Of a DNA stretch of 64,000 bases, positions 1 through 13,700 are shown piece by piece. The stretch spans positions 682,001 to 746,000 of the forward strand of contig OZ024750.1 of the NCBI GenBank assembly GCA_964016885.1. Reading direction: 5' to 3'. The stretch is from Eledone cirrhosa. Taxonomy: Eukaryota. The notes beneath the pieces were generated by a model, which was not told where the DNA came from, did not search any database, and saw only the letters and a list, made by a program, of their open reading frames with translations. A program made the position numbers and the translations under genes. The stretch's first letter is position 1. Each line of letters begins with the position of its first letter.

Positions 1-202
1 TGTGAAGGTTTGTTTCGTAAGACAGGTAGCAATCAACGACAAGGCATCCTGAAAAATATGCTTATTAAATGTAATGAATTAAATTTAGAAGATGGGAAAT
101 TCTCACCTCATGATTGTGCTTCTGTTTTAAAGACATTCTTGAAGGAACTTCCTGAATGTCTTATGATGGACAAATTTTCAAAAGCACATATCCAATTAAC
201 AG
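1..202 (+). CDS. ARHGAP19: RhoGAP exon (GAP domain, arginine finger)
   Basis: CEGLFRKTGSNQRQ...KAHIQLT; donor AG|gtaag at 203, phase 1. Confidence 0.9.
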
Positions 203-3200
203 GTAAGATTTTTAAAGTCAGACTTCTTCTTTTCATGAATTTACAGTACTTAGAGAAAATCACATGTTGAAAAGTAATTAATATCTCCTGGGGACATGTT
301 TCAGAATTATAGACACCAGCATGGTTGTGTGGTTAAAGAGTTGGTTTCAGAAACCATGTGATTGTTGGTTCAGTCACATTACATGACATCTTGAGCAAGT
401 CTCTTTAACCCTGGGCCAATTAATGTTTTGGGAGTGAATTTAGTTGACGGAAAGGGTAAGGAAGCCTTTTCTGTGTGTGTGTAATGTCTCCAGTTCAAAT
501 CCCACCGAGGCTAGCTTTGCCTTTCATCCTTACGGGGTCAATAAATAAATCACCAGTAATGTACTGGGGTCAATCTAGTCAACTTTCCCTCCCCACTCTC
601 CCAAAATAGTTGGCCTAATACATATATTCAATGTCACTTCTTTTCAAGGTACTATTAACCTTTTTGTTTTCTCTCTGTAGACATGGCCAGGCGCTGTAAG
701 CTGGAAAGTATCAAGAAACAAGAGAAAGTGTTAAAAGCCATCCAACTCCTCATACTTCTGCTCCCTAAAGAGAACACTTTATTACTTGAATGTTTACTTG
801 ATCTCCTTTCTAAAGTCGTAAATGAGAAGAAAAATCGTATGACATCCAAATCTCTTGGCACTATATTTGCTCCTCATTTTCTCTGCCCCAGAAATGTATG
901 TCCTCACTTTTGTTGTTTCATTTGATTCACTCTTGCGACTCTTTATTGTTTACTACAGTTCCAGAATGAGGAAAACAGAAGACCCATCACATATGTGGGT
1001 ATCCCTGTTTTAGAATAGGTGCACTTTATCCCTGTGTGTTGTAAGAGGCAACTGAAATGGTTTACATTAGGAAGGACATCCAGCTGTAAAACAGTTTGAA
1101 AATATCCTGTCCAACACATACCAACATGGGAAAGTGGTCATAAAATGATGTGTGTATATATATATATATATATCATCATTATTGTCGTTTTATGACTGCA
1201 TGACATTAAAAATTACTCTTTAGATTAATATTGCAAACTTTCCCAATCATCTATCCTCTAGTAAAGATACTACAATGTTTGAATTCACAAACCTGTTTTT
1301 AGATATTTTCTGCTAAATCATTACAGGATTATAAGAGTTAACAAAAAATTATTATACATATTCAGCACCTAGGTTACACAGGGTACAACTGCTAGTAGTT
1401 AATAAAGTGTGCACCAATAAGATGCTGAGACCAGCTCAACTGTCCATTCCAATTACTCTTTGTCCCTAAGAAAGAAATAATGATTAGATTGTTTTTTGTG
1501 CTACAGTTTTATACAAAATATTATGGCCTCCTTACAATAGTGTTCATTTTCTCTCCAGCTCACACCCTCTGAATTCCATGTAGCATCGGAAAACTTTTCT
1601 GAACTTACAACTTTCATCATTGATAAAGCTGCTGATGTCTTTCAGGTAAACATTTCTCTTCTTTTCACATTTTTATGACAAAAAGGAAAGAAGCCAATTT
1701 TTTAGATCAGACCAAGGAAACTTTTTTTTGCTAAAACTATCAGTTGGTTGGAACTCCTGGTGAGCCAAGGAAACTATCTGTTGGTCGGAACTCCTGGTGA
1801 GCCAAGGAAACTATCAGTTGGTTGGAACTCCTGGTGAGCCAAGGAAACTATCAGTTGGTTGGAACTCCTGGTGAGCCAAGGAAATTATCTGTTGGTCGGA
1901 ACTCCTGGTGAGCCAAGGAAACTATCTGTTGGTTGGAACTCCTGGTGAGCCAAGGAAACTATCAGTTGGTTGGAACTCCTGGTGAGCCAAGGAAACTATC
2001 TGTTGGTTGGAACTCCTGGTGAGCCAAGGAAACTATCTGTTGGTTGGAACTCCTGGTGAGCCAAGGAAACTATCTGTTGGTTGGAACTCCTGGTGAGCCA
2101 AGGAAACTATCTGTTGGTTGGAACTCCTGGTGAGCCAAGGAAATTATCTGTTGGTTGGAACTCCTGGTGAGCCAAGGAAACTATCTGTTGGTTGGAACTC
2201 CTGGTGAGCCAAGGAAACTATCAGTTGGTTGGAACTCCTGGTGAGCCAAGGAAACTATCAGTTGGTTGGAACTCCTGGTGAGCCAAGGAAACTATCTGTT
2301 GGTTGGAACTCCTGGTGAGCCAAGGAAACTATCTGTTGGTTGGAACTCCTGGTGAGCCAAGGAAATTATCTGTTGGTTGGAACTCCTGGTGAGCCAAGGA
2401 AACTATCTGTTGGTTGGAACTCCTGGTGAGCCAAGGAAACTATCTGTTGGTTGGAACTCCTGGTGAGCCAAGGAAATTATCTGTTGGTTGGAACTCCTGG
2501 TGAGCCAAGGAAACTATCTGTTGGTCGGAACTCCTGGTGAGCCAAGGAAACTATCTGTTGGTCGGAACTCCCGGCAGAAAAAGAAACCGGTTTTCGAGAT
2601 TGGATCATGGAAGCTTTCTATTACTGAGATTATCTTAAAAATTGTTGTCTTAGATACATTAAATTTTAAAAAAAGATGGTCATGGCTTTGATCAAAGGTT
2701 TGTTTACCTGGAGCTAAACATCTACAAATTGTCTTAAAAGGATCGGCTGAAAAGTTCATAGGCTGACCAAGATACTCTCATGGAATGACCAAATGAGGTT
2801 TATTTTTCAACATAGTCCCTGGAAAGAAACAATGTAGTTATTAATAAGAACGGTTGAAATTAATGCATACAAGATTTCACAGCTCTAACATCATCAGCCT
2901 AGAGAACTTTTCAGTCGACCCTTGTATATTCTTACCATCATATGAAATATCAGTTTTTTTTTCAGTATGTAATTTCTTTCATGTATCATAGTTTGGCAAT
3001 TTTATAAATTATCAAGTATATATTTCTATTGTAGATACCTAAGGATTTAGCCAAAGACATAAACCAATTCTGGAAGGATATGGAGAATCCTGACAAATCA
3101 CCAGAAACCTTTTTTGATGTTGCTGAAAATAAAAATCCTCTAACTTCTCGGGTTTGTATAAATCAACTTTAGTCTGTATCATTATTCTAAAGTTCATTAT

Positions 3201-4739
3201 CATTATTGAGCTTATTCTGTCTATAGTTTAAACTTATTGGATTATTCTCCTGCTGTTGTCATGAATAGATATGAGTTCCTTACTTAATAACTGTTACAAC
3301 TTGAGTTAAGTCATGAGATTTATGAATGAACATTCTCTTAAATCAATAGCTGGTATGTCTATTGCAACTGTTGCAATTTGAATCTCAGCCATGTGATTAT
3401 GAATTGACCTTCATTATGTAGCTGGTATGTCTATGTTGACCTTGAAGTATACTACACTTATATCTACATTAAAAAAAAAAAACTCTTTTATATTTTGTGA
3501 CACTTTAGTGATTGACCTCCATTGTCTAAAAACTTTTAACTTCTTCCAAAAGTGAAAATACTTTGTATTTTAGTTAATTAATGAAGAAATTGTGAAGTAT
3601 TTAGTAAAATTATAATTTCATTAAGATGATATTTTCAATGTAACAAAATATTCTTAAATAAAATTATGTTGGTCAGTTTAAATTTAAGTAGGAACCTTTT
3701 AAAATGGGTTTTATTTCATAGAAACAGGTGGTTGGTACCAAAAGGTTTAAATGTTATTTTTTTTATTTGCTTTTTTCAAACCATTTTTGTGTGGTGTCAA
3801 ATAATTTCTATTTAAATTTGTATCATTTTACTTCATTACTTTTACATTTAATTAATTTCTGTCCATCATCCATGTTTATTTTTATTTTATATATATTTAA
3901 TTATTTGAATTTGAAGTTTCTTGAATCATATGTCTAAGTTTTACCTAAACGATTGCAGTAGGGAAACAATATGGCTATATAAGCAAAGATATTCACAAAT
4001 ATAGAATAACAATACATAGAGAACAATGCCAACATTTATAAATGTTAAAATAGTAAAGAAAACCTTATATGATAATATCCTCTCTGTAGTTTAAATGTTT
4101 GTTCCAATGTTACCAGGATTTTTATAAAGTGGTCTACATGATAAATACTTCCATTACACACTGTAAAGTGGTTGGTAATAGGAAGGGTATCCAACCATAG
4201 AAAGCTTTCCAAATAAAAGGGTTGGTAGGACGTCTGTTGGAGAAGTATAATATCATCTTATAAAATTATTGGAATTGATGAAATCTTTCCGATCTTTCCG
4301 ATACTTCCATCACTATTTATTGAAGAATTTTCTACTACTATCTGGCTGATATAATTTATTTCCTACATAATGGAGCTGTTATCTCTGAAAGATAGTACTA
4401 TAGTTAAAATAAAAAACATTCATTTATATATTGACACTAAAATGTTTACAAAAAATAGCTTCTTTGTTTATATGTATTTTATTCATGTGAAGAGATGTGT
4501 GGCACATTTTCTAACTCTTGGAAGGGGTACCAATCAAATCTTCATGTGGTCTTCATTAATCATATTGCAATGTCTTTGCAAATATTTTTGCTTATATATT
4601 CTTCTGCTGCTTTCCTACTTCAATTGTTTGAATAATCAATAATATGAAATTCAAAAGTTACAATTCGAGAACCTTTTAGTAGGATATACACACTTTATGT
4701 ATCGAGTATCAATTTGTGTATATATATATATAATATATT

Positions 4740-4771
<32 letters not shown>

Positions 4772-7700
4772 GGCACATAACATTTTATGCTTTTGTCATT
4801 GCTTTTATTTTCCTGGCTTCATTGCACAAAATGGGGTTTTTGCTATACTATCTTAAATAAGGAAACCAAGGATCATTATCACCAAACTTCCTAAACAGGG
4901 CTCTATATTTTCATGCATTGTTTCCTATCCCAAACAAATTCTGTCCACTTCAATGTAATTAAAATGAAACTAATTGATTAGACCGTTATTTTACACCGTC
5001 ATTCCAATCATGGTTGTAAATTTTATTTTTGATTTTACTACAATCTTGATGTTGGTATCTCTATAGTAATCCTATCATTGATTATCATTTACTTTTCAAA
5101 CAATATTATTTGAGGGAACATAGAGCATTCTGACAGTTGGTTTTATAGTTCTTCAACTGAAATATTTCTTTAAACAATTGACAAAATCGTTCGCTTACCA
5201 AGTGGGGTGGAACTCATCAAATCGGAACTAGGAAATAATGTTTGGTTTCTCCATTGCTGATACTATCTACCGGTTGCCAAACCTGGGAGAATATATGATA
5301 GTTATATAAACTACAAATTTTACTATACTATTACTGGTATATAACTTATCTTTGTTGTGCTTACTCAGTCATGTCTGTATAAGATGAATTAAAGCATTGG
5401 GGTGAATGGAGTTTTGAGGCCTAGTTGTTAGGGTGTTGGAGTCGTGATCTTAAGGTCGTGGGTTCAATTTCTGGTTCAGATAATGCATTGTATTCTTGAA
5501 CAAGACATTTCACATTGCTTTTGATAAGATTAGGTTCTATACCATTAAAACACCTACAAAATCCCCTAACCTGGATAATGGGAGCTGTAACAATAACATG
5601 AAAGGAGCCCCTATCATTAAAACACCCAAGAAATCTCCAATGCAACTTCATGAGTGGCTCCTTAAATCTGAAACGGTGTGAGCTGTAACAACATGATTGG
5701 GGCCCCTATCATTTAAAAAACCTCAAGAAACCTCATGAAATGCTGCCTTGTAGGAGACCAGCTAATCCTGAAGAAGTATGAGCTGTAAATTTTATTTTTC
5801 ATTTCATTTCATAATGATTAATTACCTATAGACAGTCCATCAGTTCTACATCTGGATATACCATCTTGTAATCTGGTCAGGAACTATACCAAATACTTCT
5901 TCATAGTGTTTTAAATCTAGTAAGTTTTTTGATTATGTTATAATATACTTAGGCATGAATTGGCAGTCATTAGAACATCAGATAGAATACTTTGCTGTAT
6001 TCATTTTGACTCTCTTCTCTCTGAGTTCAAATTCTGCCGAGATCAACTTTGCCTTTCATCCTTTTGAGGGTGATAAAAAAAAGTACCAGTCTAGTACTGG
6101 GGTTGATTCTTCCTCTATATCTTTCTCACTTTCTCTCTATCACTCTCCTCTCTCCTTCTTTGGAAGAAATCACCTGGAGAGGAGATGGACTCTGCCAGGT
6201 TTAAAGTGCCCAGGACATGCCATATGTCACTACAGCACCTCTATGACTCCACCAGTAGTTAGTTCCTTACATACATTACTAATAATAGAACTGCTACTTG
6301 GTTTTGTAGCAACATCTACAGTTTCCTGTATATATTTATTTGTATAAATCAAGATGGATTAGGGTTAGACCATTACTTACCCGAGTACTCAATACTAGGG
6401 GTAGTAGAGTATGGTTATAAGAACGAGTCAGGACCCCAACGGCTGAGCTCTTGCCGGTTCAACAGCTAGTTGAAATGGCAAGAACTCAGTCATCGGGATC
6501 CGGACTCGTTCTTATGTTTATTAGTATAGCTAGGTTTTACTTGTAATACTAAAATTCTTTTGTTTTCAAGTTTACCTTTTATCCATAATGGTCCATATAC
6601 AATCCCCCATTCTTTGATTTAGAGGGAAAAAAGTGATGATGCAGTGAACACCTGTGTGAATTTTGCTGACCGCAATTTAGGCAGTGAAGATGTAACGCAG
6701 ACTGAGATAGCAAAACTTTACAACCACATTCAATCAATGCCGAACACTGCCAAGAAAAGGAAATTATTGAAGCAGGTACTTTAGTTGCCTTTGATTCTGA
6801 GCAAGCAGGTGAAATTTGTAGAAAAGTTGTGTCCTGTGTTCATCTTGCCTCCTCCACTTTTTTTTTTTGTTACCTAACATTTCTGACTGTTGGTTATGAG
6901 TACATTCTTAAAACTGAATTTAAGAAATGAACTCAGGCTTAACAATCTTTAGTCTTGCTTTTCACTCAGTAGACTGTGAATGATTTTATTTTTAATATCA
7001 AATACCTTTATGAGCCTGCTTAATAATTAGATAATTTTAGTAGCTTCTTCAAGCATGTCTATTTAAATACTTGTAGAAAACTTAGTATTGTAGTTTCCAT
7101 TTTCATTGCGAATGGCTTCTAACTCAGATTCTTTCACTTACTCATCAAATTTAGATTATTTAATGTCTTTCACATTTTATTAAATAAACATTCTAGGTTT
7201 ACTTCCTCTCAATATTATACTTGGACAATTTCCATTAAAATATGTCACAGCTATTGGATTGACCATTTACTTAAAACAGACTTTACAATTGGTTTGATTG
7301 GGATGAATTTAACATTGCACCTTCAATGGACCATACTTATTTCCTCTTCTTCTTCTCCCACATATTCCTGAGAGGGCCGTGGGGGCAGAGTCCTCAAACA
7401 CTCCTTCCAGTGGGTTCTGTCAGAAGCAACCATCTCCAACTGATCCGGCTGGATCCCCAAGCGTCACCAGCCAAGCTCATGAATGTTATCCAACCATTTT
7501 GCTCTAGGTCTACCTCTGGGTGTCCTTTCTGATGTCTACAAATTTTCTACATTTACTTCTTATTGCTAACCCCTCTGTTTCTTATACTCAGTATATTTGG
7601 AAAACACCTTTTTAAAAATTACCTTTCTGTAGTGATATGGGCCTAACACTTTCACTTAACCCTTTAGTATTTGGTATTGTATTTTTGTGGTAAAGGCTTT

Positions 7701-10700
7701 ACCTTACATAATTATCTCTCATAATATCGAATCTATGGGATTTTGAGAACAATACCTTAACGTATGTATAGGCAGCCAGTTATGGCCAGATTGAACAAAA
7801 AGAGGTGAGAGGGTTCTGGCCAGATATGGCTGGTTTAAATGCTAAAGGGTTAAATATTTCTGTATGGGATTGTTCTAACTTCACACTTTATTTCTTCTCA
7901 TCTGCTCTACCTCCATCTTTTGCTTGCCGATTCCTTTATTGCTGTAGTTTCTTAGATGCTTTTTCTCTCATTTGTTATAGTTTTCCTTGTTTGTTTGTTT
8001 TTTGGTAGGGGGGGGGGGGGGGTCTTTTTATTTGCTTTGCTTTCACTTTTTTCATCTTTGTGGAACACTGCACTTATATTTTATCACTTTACTATGTATT
8101 TCAATATATCAACCACTGCTCCATTGCTGCACCTGGTCTGTATTCTGTTATTTCATAACAATGCTTGTTTTATTCTATATTTCAACAAAAGTAGACTAGT
8201 TGTTAATTTTTATGCTTTTTTTCTTTCTCCTTATTGTGTTTTAATGAATTTTTCTCCCTACTTTCTTTACTCTTTTGAAGTTCTCCAAAATAAACCATAC
8301 AAATTTAGATTCATTTTGTCGCTCAAGTAAGGAGAATCTCAGTATCTACCAACGTTTCAGTCAATCTATAAAGTCAACAGGACGCCAGACTCGTAGTCGG
8401 ACGTTAGGTCTTGGGGAAAGTATCATGGTAAGTAGTAGTAAATGCAATACTCTTTTGAAATTTATTTTTTTGTTGCTTTAATTCATCATCGACGTCGTCA
8501 AAGTTGTTGTTTTAACATCCACTTTTCCTGCAAGATCAATGTCGGTAGGCCTTGCAGTGTTACTTCCATCTCTCTATACTCTGGACTTCCACACTGAGGT
8601 AAACTTTGCCTTTCATCCTCCGAAGGTTGATAAAATGAAACACTATTCCAGTATCAATGTTGATATGCCTTGTGTACAGGTTTGTGTATTTACTTAGTAA
8701 TTCATTTATCATTACTTCAATAAGTATGAGAAGTGGACTATGTGTTGCTGAGGTCAGAATAAGTCTGAAACATATCTCTACTTTTCTCCCATCCTTGCAC
8801 CCACAAATGGAAAATAATATGTCGTTCATTAACCTTTTTTTTTTCTTTGTATATATATATATATGGAGGCACATGGCTTAGTGGTTAGAGCATTGGCCTT
8901 GCAATCGAAAGGTTGTGAGTTCAATTCTCAGACTGGGTGATGTGTTGTTTCCTTGAGCAAGACACTTTATTTCACATTGCTCCAGTTTACTCAGCTGTAG
9001 AAATGAAATGATAGGGACTGCGGTCCCTATCATTCCACTGCAAAGTGGTCGTGGATGTGTCACGGCAAAAAAGCACCCAGCACTCACTGTAAATGAGGTT
9101 GGTGTTAGGAAGGGCATCCAGCTGTAGAAATCAAGCCAGAATCAGTTCCCATCCCACCCTTGCAAGCAGGGAAAAAGCGGACGTAAAATGAAATGAAAAT
9201 GATATTTCTAGTTTGTTTTTTAATGCTGGTAATATGAGTTAAGACGTGGTTCCTCAACCAGTTTAGTCTCGGACCATGATGACCTGTCCAACCCATGCCA
9301 GCGTGGAAAATGGACATAAACTGCTGATTAAAATGGCATTAAATATATTAGCACTTAACTGTTTATTGTTTTTCAAGTAGAGGACACCTGTACTCCATGT
9401 TTAGTCTGATATATTTCCAAGTCAGATATTGGAAAGAAAGGCTATAGCAGGTGCAAGCCAATGGCATTGACTTGCACAAGCTATCTTTAAATAAAGTTGT
9501 TTGAAATTACTGCAAAGCTCTGTATGATTATATTTATAAATTAATGCCAGGAGACCTGCCAGAATGGTTCTGTAGTTTGCTTGATTAATTAGCATATCTC
9601 AGATATGAAGGAATCTATTTTAATCAGATCGGATTATTGATTAACTTCCATTTTTGGTGATAGAGTAGTTTTAACTGGCTCTCATTACCTCACTTTAATT
9701 AGCCCTATATAAGTTGTTCCCTCTTTAGTCTTCAAAACAGAAAAACAAAAAAACAAAAAGATAGATTAAACATAGTCTATTCTGTTGGAAACATTTGAGC
9801 CAGGCTCCTAGTTTCAGGATATCTTCGTTGCTACCTACCAGTCTTAAAGGCCCTGAAAAGGGGTCACAAGCAGTGCCCATCTCTCCTGACTAAACAGTCT
9901 GTCTATCTCAAACCTGGTGGCTCATCAGGCTGGTATTTATCCTGATTTCCGTGGCATGATGCGACTGAGAGTACAAAAATTCCCCCTGGGTAGGATGCTA
10001 GTCTATCTCAGGGTTGAACCCCCAGCTACTGCTGGTACTAATTTTCAGCTGAGTATACTGGAGCAATGTGAAATGAAGTATTTTGCTTAAGAACAACCCA
10101 CGCCACTATGATCCTAAGTCCAACAGCCTAACCACTAGGGCACACACCTCCACTGACTAAACAATAAACAAAACACAAAAATCTACATTATTTGAAGTAT
10201 TCTTTGGTTGTATTTTACAGAGACATTTGCCTCGAATGAGAAACAGACAGAAAGATGGAGAATCTTATTTCTATGGCTCACACTCAGTTTTCAAGTATAA
10301 TAAAGTAAAAAATAAAGAATGCACCCCTTTTTCTTGGAATTCTGTTGCTAATAATTTAAGACACGAGGAGCCATTATCATGTGGCTTGAATTTAACTTAC
10401 AAACCAGTAAGATCTTTTTTTTATGTCTCAGTAATGCAAAGTTGTTTTTTTTTTATGCTTTAAAATCTTTATATTCTCTCTCCCTCTATCTATCTCCCCT
10501 CTCTATCTCAGACCATTCTACAATCCAACACTTTCCTCTTCTCCCTCACAGCTGCCAAATTTATCCCCAAATTCCCCTCCTCCTTACCCAACCATCCCAA
10601 TATGGAATATATATACATACATACATTGTCATCATCATCGTTATATATTTGCTTTCCATGCTGGTATGGGTTGGACAGGCCACCATGGTCTGAGAGCAGA

Positions 10701-13700
10701 TGGATCAGTGACCTGCTTTGCTCTTACATTCCATATTTGGCATGGTTTCTACAGCTGGATGGCTTTCATTATCCAACCCATGCCAGTTTGTAAAAGCAAA
10801 CAAAAATAACGTTGTTGTTATAAATTCACTGCTCTGCTGCCCATATTTCACGGTTGTATAGCAGTTCATTCATTGCATACTTATGTGCATTCATTCTGTT
10901 TAGGGGGAATTTTGTAATGAATGTAACCTAGTTTAGTTTTGTATTCAAAAGTTTGGTGACATTTTCCATCTAATTTTATTTATATAAATTGTAGACATTT
11001 ACTGACTGCAGTACAATGAGTACGACAGAGTCATCTTCTCAGACATTGGATGACACATTAATTCCTGAACCACAAAGCTCTGTATTGAAAAAGAAACTTG
11101 ATTTTGACACAGTCTTGAACAGTGAGGTGGGTATGCTGTAGTTGCAGGTTGTATCTTAGATCTAATAATACTAACATTTTGTTCCAGAGAACTGGAAACA
11201 CAAAAAACAAATTCTCAATAGTATTACTGATGTAATTTACCTGCAGTGTTATCTAGAAATAAAATCTCTCTCTCTCTTCTCTTCAAGCATCACAATTTCT
11301 CCTCTAACATTATTGCCTGCACTGACATTGCTCTTTGCAAATTTCTCCTCTGCATTATTGTACAACTTGAGGGTCGGACAAAATCTTTACATTCTGAGTT
11401 GAAATACCAGTCAAGCAATGGGGTCAATTTAATTGGTTTTCCCTTCCTCCAAATTGCTGGCCTTGTGTCGGGATTAGTTCCCCGTTATGTCATGTATTGC
11501 TAACCGTTGTCATCTACATTGTTATACTGTGATGTGCCTTACTACTAGCACTCTCTATAAACATATATTGCTGCTATAAGTGTTACTCTATAATCCTGTT
11601 ACCTTGTTTACTTTGCTGGTAACAAACTGGTCTGTTGTTCTCTTATATGGCTTATTACCTTCCTTCAGTAGTCTTTGTTTTCCGGTGCAGGTTTATAACT
11701 TCTAAACTGTTATACCTTTATAAATTGTCTAAATCCTATCACTTTGAATTACATTGCTGTTACATGTCTGTCTGTTCCCTGAAAATTATCCCTATGATCT
11801 TGTATCAGTTTACAGGACATGGCAAATCAAAGGATCAATATAGTTGCCAACATAGTCTCATTATTAAAGGGCGGTGGATTGGCAGTATCAGTAGAGGGTC
11901 GGACACCATGCTTTCCAGCATAGTTACGTCCCTTTACGATCTGAGTTCAAATCCCGCCGAAGTTGACTTTGCCTTTCATCCTTACGGGGTCGATAAAATA
12001 AAGTACCAGTAATGCACTGGGTAATTGCTGGCCTTGTGCCTAAAGTAGAAACAATTATTAAAGGGCGGTGGATTGGCAGTATCGGTAGAGGGTTGGACGC
12101 CATGCTTTGACGTATAGAGTTACGGCCCTTGCCATTCTGAGTTCAAATCCCGCCGAGGTTAACTTTGCCTTTCATCCTTACGGGGTCGATAAAATAAAGT
12201 ACCAGTAATGTACTGGGTAATTGCTGGCCTTGTGCCAAAAGTAGAAACAATTATTAAACTGGTTTTTGGAGTATAATAATATTTCTTATAGAGAATTGTG
12301 GTGGAAAGTTTTTAGATCAATATAAACACTTAGAAATAACAGTTCGGTTTGGTAGAATTTCAGGCAGTTTGCCATCAAGGGGGATAAGCAGAACATGAAA
12401 AACAATCTTGTAATTATAATGTTCAGTTTGTTGTGTTTGTATTTCTTCCAGACTGGAAGTCCACTTGTTCACGTGATAGACCTCCACGATTCCTCAGTCA
12501 ATAACAAGAAAACTAGGAAACGGAGAAGTGATGAATCTGATGAGAATAAAAACAAACCTGATGTTGTTCCTTCCATTGAGAATGAGATTAGCTACCTGGC
12601 CTATGATAAAATCAAGACATCAAGAACAATAACATCAACACCACAATGTGGAGTAGAAGAGCTGCCTTTCTATACACCGATGACATCATTTCGAAAAAAT
12701 CATTACAGAGTAAGTATTTTGTTTTAATTAGGTTTTGTGATAGGAATGGTGTCTAGCTGTAACAAACCTGCCAAACTAAGGGTCAGGAGGACTCAAAGAC
12801 ATGACAAACTCCCTAATATTGGTGCCACAGTAAATTGCAGAAACATACATAAGAAAGATGTAGGTTACTGGTATCTTTGAGTTAGTACTGAGATGACTAG
12901 TGATGATGTTGATTTAAAACTGTTCATGAGCAAGACACTTTATTTCATATTGCGACTGATAGATAGTATTAGCAATTGGAAAGACCAACGGAAACATTGT
13001 TTCCTCGGTCTGATATATGTATGTATATTGTCAAAGAAACACCACCACCCATCCAGCCAGCCCCTGTATCAAGAAAAGAAAATCTTGGATTTTTCCAAAC
13101 TTAAATGTTTTTTTAGGAATTTACATAGGTTTTGCCATCTGAAGAGCTCAGGCTATCATAACTGACAGTCCTCAGTGAAATATAACGGAATTTTAAATAA
13201 ACTTTGTCTATATGCTTCAACTTCGGCTTGTTCCTGTGGGGGGGGGGGGGTCTTCTGTATTACTGTGTGACGCCAGAGGTCACAGTCGTGTTTCATTGCT
13301 CTTGAGAGGTGCAATTGGGTAAGGTCGGCCTTTATCACCTCATCCCAGGTCTTCTTGGGTCTCCGCATTCCACGGCTTCCATCGACTTCTAGTGCTCTGC
13401 ACCTTTTTATGCAGCTGTCATCCTACATACGCATCACATGTCCATACCAACGTAACCTCCTCTCCTGCACACATCATTTGATTCCTCTTATGCTCAGTCT
13501 CTCTCTCAATTCGTTTATACTTTGCCGTTCGCGTATATTACTATTACACATCCATCGGAGCATGCAGGCTTCATTTCTTTCTAATCTGCGCAAGTCTTCT
13601 ACACACAACGCCCAGGTCTCACTACCATGTAACATTGCTGTTCGTATACACGCATCATACAGTCTGCCTTTCATTTTGAGGGAAAAGACTTTTGCAGTTA

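Noticed and set aside
1734-2571. CRISPR-like array (37-bp repeats)
   Set aside because: Units are contiguous with no unique spacers, there are no cas genes, and it lies in a eukaryotic intron.
8865-8940. tRNA genes at SINE heads (also near 5410, 22780, 59365, 61045)
   Set aside because: A/B boxes are present but there is no complete cloverleaf and each continues into a SINE body.
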